Of a stretch of 31,128 bases of DNA, positions 28,240-31,128 are shown in pieces. Every line of letters starts with the position of its first letter. Position 1 is the first letter of the stretch. A model generated the notes under the pieces. The model was not told the origin of the DNA and did no database searches. It worked only from the letters and a program-made list of their open reading frames with translations. Location of the stretch: positions 1 to 31,128 of the forward strand of contig JBBCAX010000281.1 in NCBI GenBank assembly GCA_051382335.1, in the 5' to 3' direction. The position numbers and the translations under genes were made by a program. The stretch comes from Deltaproteobacteria bacterium TL4 (lineage in GTDB: Bacteria > SAR324 > NAC60-12).

Positions 28240-28316
28240 CGTTGACCGTTAGCTGTTGACCGTTGACTGTAAAAATAACGTGAAACGGTGAACGGAGAAC
28301 GGTAAACGGAGAACGG
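28240..28316 (+). repeat. Heptamer hairpin module 5
   Basis: cgttga-ccgttag-ctgttga-ccgttga-ctgtaaaaat-aacgtga-aacggtg-aacggag-aacggta-aacggag-aacgg, then the AAGGA RBS and the res ATG. Confidence 0.95.
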
Positions 28317-28329
28317 AAAGGAATTAGCT

Positions 28330-28626
28330 ATGAAACTCAAATTCAAAAAACAACCCTTCCAGACAGAGGCGGTCAACGCTGTGGTTGAGTGCTTCGCCGG
28401 ACAGCCAAAAACTGAAGGTGTCACTTATCGTATCGATCCCGGCAAGGGCAGCAGTTCCAAGGGGCTTGGAACATCCCAAGTGAGTTTTGATTTGTCTCAA
28501 TCGGGTTTTAAGAACCGTGAACTTCTCAAGTCGCTGACCTTGCTGGAAAATATCCAGACGGTGCAACGGCGGCAGAACCTCCCTCAATCCGCAAAACTGG
28601 TCAGTACCAAGGTCTGTGAGGTAAAT
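28330..28626 (+). pseudogene. res: Type III restriction endonuclease (Res), 5' fragment only
   Basis: MKLKFKKQPFQTEAVNAVVECFAGQP...LLENIQTVQRRQNL is a Res N-terminus. Homology stops at VN, just before the expected METGTGKT Walker A; the ORF tail to 28755 is read-through into a repeat element. Confidence 0.85.
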
Positions 28627-28650
28627 CATCTCAATAATTCCGGTATTCTG

Positions 28651-28729
28651 CTGGGAGCGCAGGCGTCCCATCTGCTTTTGCGGGCAAAATGCACGCACTC
28701 CCAGGAAAAAACTTTTCTGGAAATCTATA
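28651..28729. mobile_element. Degenerate or partial copy of the MITE/REP-like element at 7406-7510
   Basis: CTGGGAGCGCAGGCGTCCC...GCACGCACTCCCAGG-AAAAAACTTTTCTGGAAATCTATA, versus the reverse complement of 7406-7440, CGCTCCCAGGGAAAAAACTTTCCTGGACAGCTATA. Confidence 0.72.
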
Positions 28730-29350
28730 AAGGCAAAACACAACACATGAATTAAGTTGTAATAAAAACATTTTTTGGTGGATCTATTTCTGATTTTTTG
28801 CTACGAAATCCCTATACAAATCCATACTGATCTTGGGTAAGGATTGAATCGTGGTGATTGGCGAACGGGCGCACACCTGCGGCCCAGAGCTTGCCATGAA
28901 CGTAATGAAGGGATGACAACAAGTGAGAATCTCAACCGTTTGAAATATGGCTATCCGTGGGTGCACGGGTAAAGGCCGTGGTTGTTGAATTGCAGAACAA
29001 TACTGAGGAGGAATCATGAAACAAAACGCATGGTGGATCGGGATTCTGGGAATCCTGCTGTCGGGACTGGTGGGTGGCTGTGCCAGTCAAGCTTATGAAC
29101 AGGCTCAGAAAACAGGAACCGTAGTGGCCTATGACCAGTTCCTGAAGGATTATGGACAAAGCGAATATGCCAGCAGTGCCAAAAAAAGCGTGAGGAAGCC
29201 CACTATCAGGACTCCAAAAGACAGAATACGGAGAACAGTTATCGGAACTACCTGAGAGAATATCCACGAGGACAGTTTGTGAAGGAAGTTCAAAACAAGC
29301 TGGAAGACCTTATTTTTAATGAGGCTCAGTCTCGTAACCGTTTGGATGCG

Positions 29351-29605
29351 TATGACCGTTACCTGTCGGAGTACCCCAAGGGGAAGTATGTACAGCCGAC
29401 GAAATCCAGCCGTGAGGAACTGTTTTACAAGGCGGCGGTGAGCGCAAACACTGTTGAATCATACGACCGTTACCTGTCGGAGTACCCCAAGGGGAAGTAT
29501 GTACAGCCGGCGAAATCTAGCCGTGAGGAACTGTTTTACAAGGCGGCGGTGAGCGCAAACACTGTTGAATCATACGACCGTTACCTGTCGGAGTACCCCA
29601 AGGGG
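29351..29605 (+). repeat. 111-bp (37-aa) intragenic tandem repeat, about 2.3 copies
   Basis: gaccgttacctgtcggagtaccccaagggg at 29354, 29465 and 29576. Confidence 0.92.
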
Positions 29606-30310
29606 CAATACCAACCAGATGTTTTAAAACGCAAGGAAGCCCTGATTTTGTTGGTGACCGACAAGGGCTGCAACGTTTATATTCCCAGCCTGGGAGGAAC
29701 CGCCCATTGGTCGGGTTCCTGTAAGGATGGAAAACTGGATGGCGATGGCCAACTGGTCATGACGGACCGTCAACAGAAAGAGCTGACAATGGAAGGAACG
29801 TTCAAGGCAGGTTATCCTGCTGGAGTTACCCAGGTAAAATTTTCGAACGGGAGTATTGCTGTGATCGACTATCAGCCGAATCGTGCTGTCGGGTATGCAA
29901 TCTGGACAACAGGGGCGTATCAGGGGGAGGTATATCAGGGCGAGTATCAGGGGTTTGCTCGTGCGGGAATTGGCAAACTCACCTGGGCGAATGGAGATTC
30001 CTATCAGGGGCAATGGCGTAATAACCAGATCAACGGCATGGGACAATGGGCCAATAAGCAAATTTCTTTATCAGGCCGTTTTACAAACGGGAAATTTGAA
30101 GAAGGACAGGTGAAAGCAGATGACACCAAACAATTTGGACGGTTCGATCAGGACTCCGTGCAAGCCGCACTGAGAACAATTTATGAGACTCAGAGCCGTT
30201 CATTGAAAATTGTATTTCTGTTTTACCTACAAAAAAACACGATTGAGAGCTATGACGAGTTCATAGTTCAGTATCCTGATCATTCCGGAGTTGGTGAAGC
30301 GATTTCGCTA

Positions 30311-30526
30311 GAGTACGAGTTGTATCGCAAGCGCAATACGGTAGATGGCTATGATGAGTTTGTGAACAAATATTCACGATCACCGGAAGCTGAGAAAGCC
30401 ATTACGGCGGAGTACGAATTGTATCGCAAGCGCAATACGGTAGATGGCTATGATGAGTTTGTGAACAAATATTCACGATCACCGGAAGCTGAGAAGGCCA
30501 TAACGGCGGAGTACGAGTTGTATCGC
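30311..30526 (+). repeat. 99-bp (33-aa) intragenic tandem repeat, about 2.2 copies
   Basis: gagtacga(g/a)ttgtatcgc at 30311, 30410 and 30509. Confidence 0.92.
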
Positions 30527-31128
30527 CATGCGAATTTGGTGCCTGGTTATCGGATGTTCATGTCCAAGTACCCGAACACTCGGGAAGCGGTGCTGGCGAT
30601 GGAACAGATTCACAGGATTGCTTTTGGTCGTGCCAGAGACATGGAGGGTTATGTGGGTCTGGAAGAATTTCAGAGGGCTTTCCCTTACGCGAAACAGTAT
30701 GAAGAAGCCGGTAAACAGGCCTACGCCAGAGAACTGGATGAAATGAAAAATCAGGTCAAACAGAGAGGCGGTAACTTCAAGGCCGCGGAACGAATTGCCC
30801 GACTCAAACGGGTCGAAGCCCAACAGTCGGAAAAACAGGACGATTACTGGATCGCCGCGCGTAAATATTCATTGATCATCAAGGAAACCCCGTTTAATGA
30901 AACCGATGCGGCCATCAGTTTAGTGGAAAAACAGGAAGCCCAGACCAATAACGAAAAACTGGTGATCTTGATCAGCGGGGTCAGAAGCGATATTGCCAGT
31001 CTGGGAAATGCCCTCAGCCGGCAATTAGCCGATATCCGTGACCGACAGGGCGAAGTGGCACAGGTGATTCAACGTCAGACGGATCAGATGGAGCTGGCGT
31101 CAGAACAGGCACGCTCCCGTTCGGAAGC

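Larger units (their letters stand above)
29016..31128 (+). pseudogene. Lipoprotein with helical YxxYLxxYP repeats and MORN-like repeats; frameshifted at an A7 tract (29181-29187); runs off the window end
   Basis: Lipobox LVGGC after a GAGGAG RBS. The -1 frame from about 29186 is open to the window end: KREEAHYQ...YDRYLSEYPKGKY...WSGSCKDGKLDGDG...GKLTWANGDSYQGQWRNNQINGMG...YDEFVNKYSRSPEAEKA. It is absent from the ORF track because it has no stop in the window. Confidence 0.82.

Noticed and set aside
22416..28316. Integron attC sites or CRISPR repeats at the heptamer modules
   Set aside because: GTT arms precede AAC arms, the reverse of attC order (RYYYAAC...GTTRRRY). Units are 7-nt periodic, and no integrase or spacers are seen.
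29178..29190. Canonical programmed -1 ribosomal frameshift (A_AAA_AAG)
   Set aside because: AAG is not in the zero frame (codons read GCC AAA AAA AGC) and no clear stimulatory hairpin was seen; an indel is the simpler explanation.
29624..30823. ORFs 29624..30061, 29883..30113, 30479..30823, 30528..30746
   Set aside because: Alternative or antisense frames of the long open lipoprotein frame.

Overview
Chromosomal window from a diderm (Gram-negative-type) bacterium. It opens inside a 48-bp REP-like tandem array. Next is a minus-strand, non-canonical Hsp70 operon (TPR protein, J-domain protein lacking HPD, GrpE-like, Hsp70, Zn-ribbon-TPR), then tmk. A plus-strand block follows: skp/ompH, fabZ, gatC, TonB/TolA-like, ArnT-like GT, cNMP-HPt-CheA-like kinase, Fe-ADH, acyltransferase and an MMPL transporter. 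From about 19.1 to 28.7 kb lies a decaying type III restriction-modification island: IS4 remnant, SNF2 helicase with internal deletion, DUF4391, four-helix-bundle (Avd/IVP-like) protein, YhcG/DUF1016 nuclease, intact Mod, AlbA_2-HATPase protein, and Res truncated at a MITE. The window ends in a frameshifted repeat/MORN lipoprotein that runs off the edge. The most unusual signal is in the island. Five successive gene junctions carry a bipartite heptamer module, (CCGTTGA)n, an A-rich loop, then (AACGGNN)n, whose two arms are complementary. It supplies the upstream stop codon at three junctions, abuts the downstream RBS, and also appears inverted inside the mod coding sequence. All family calls come from motif recognition by eye; no database searches were run.
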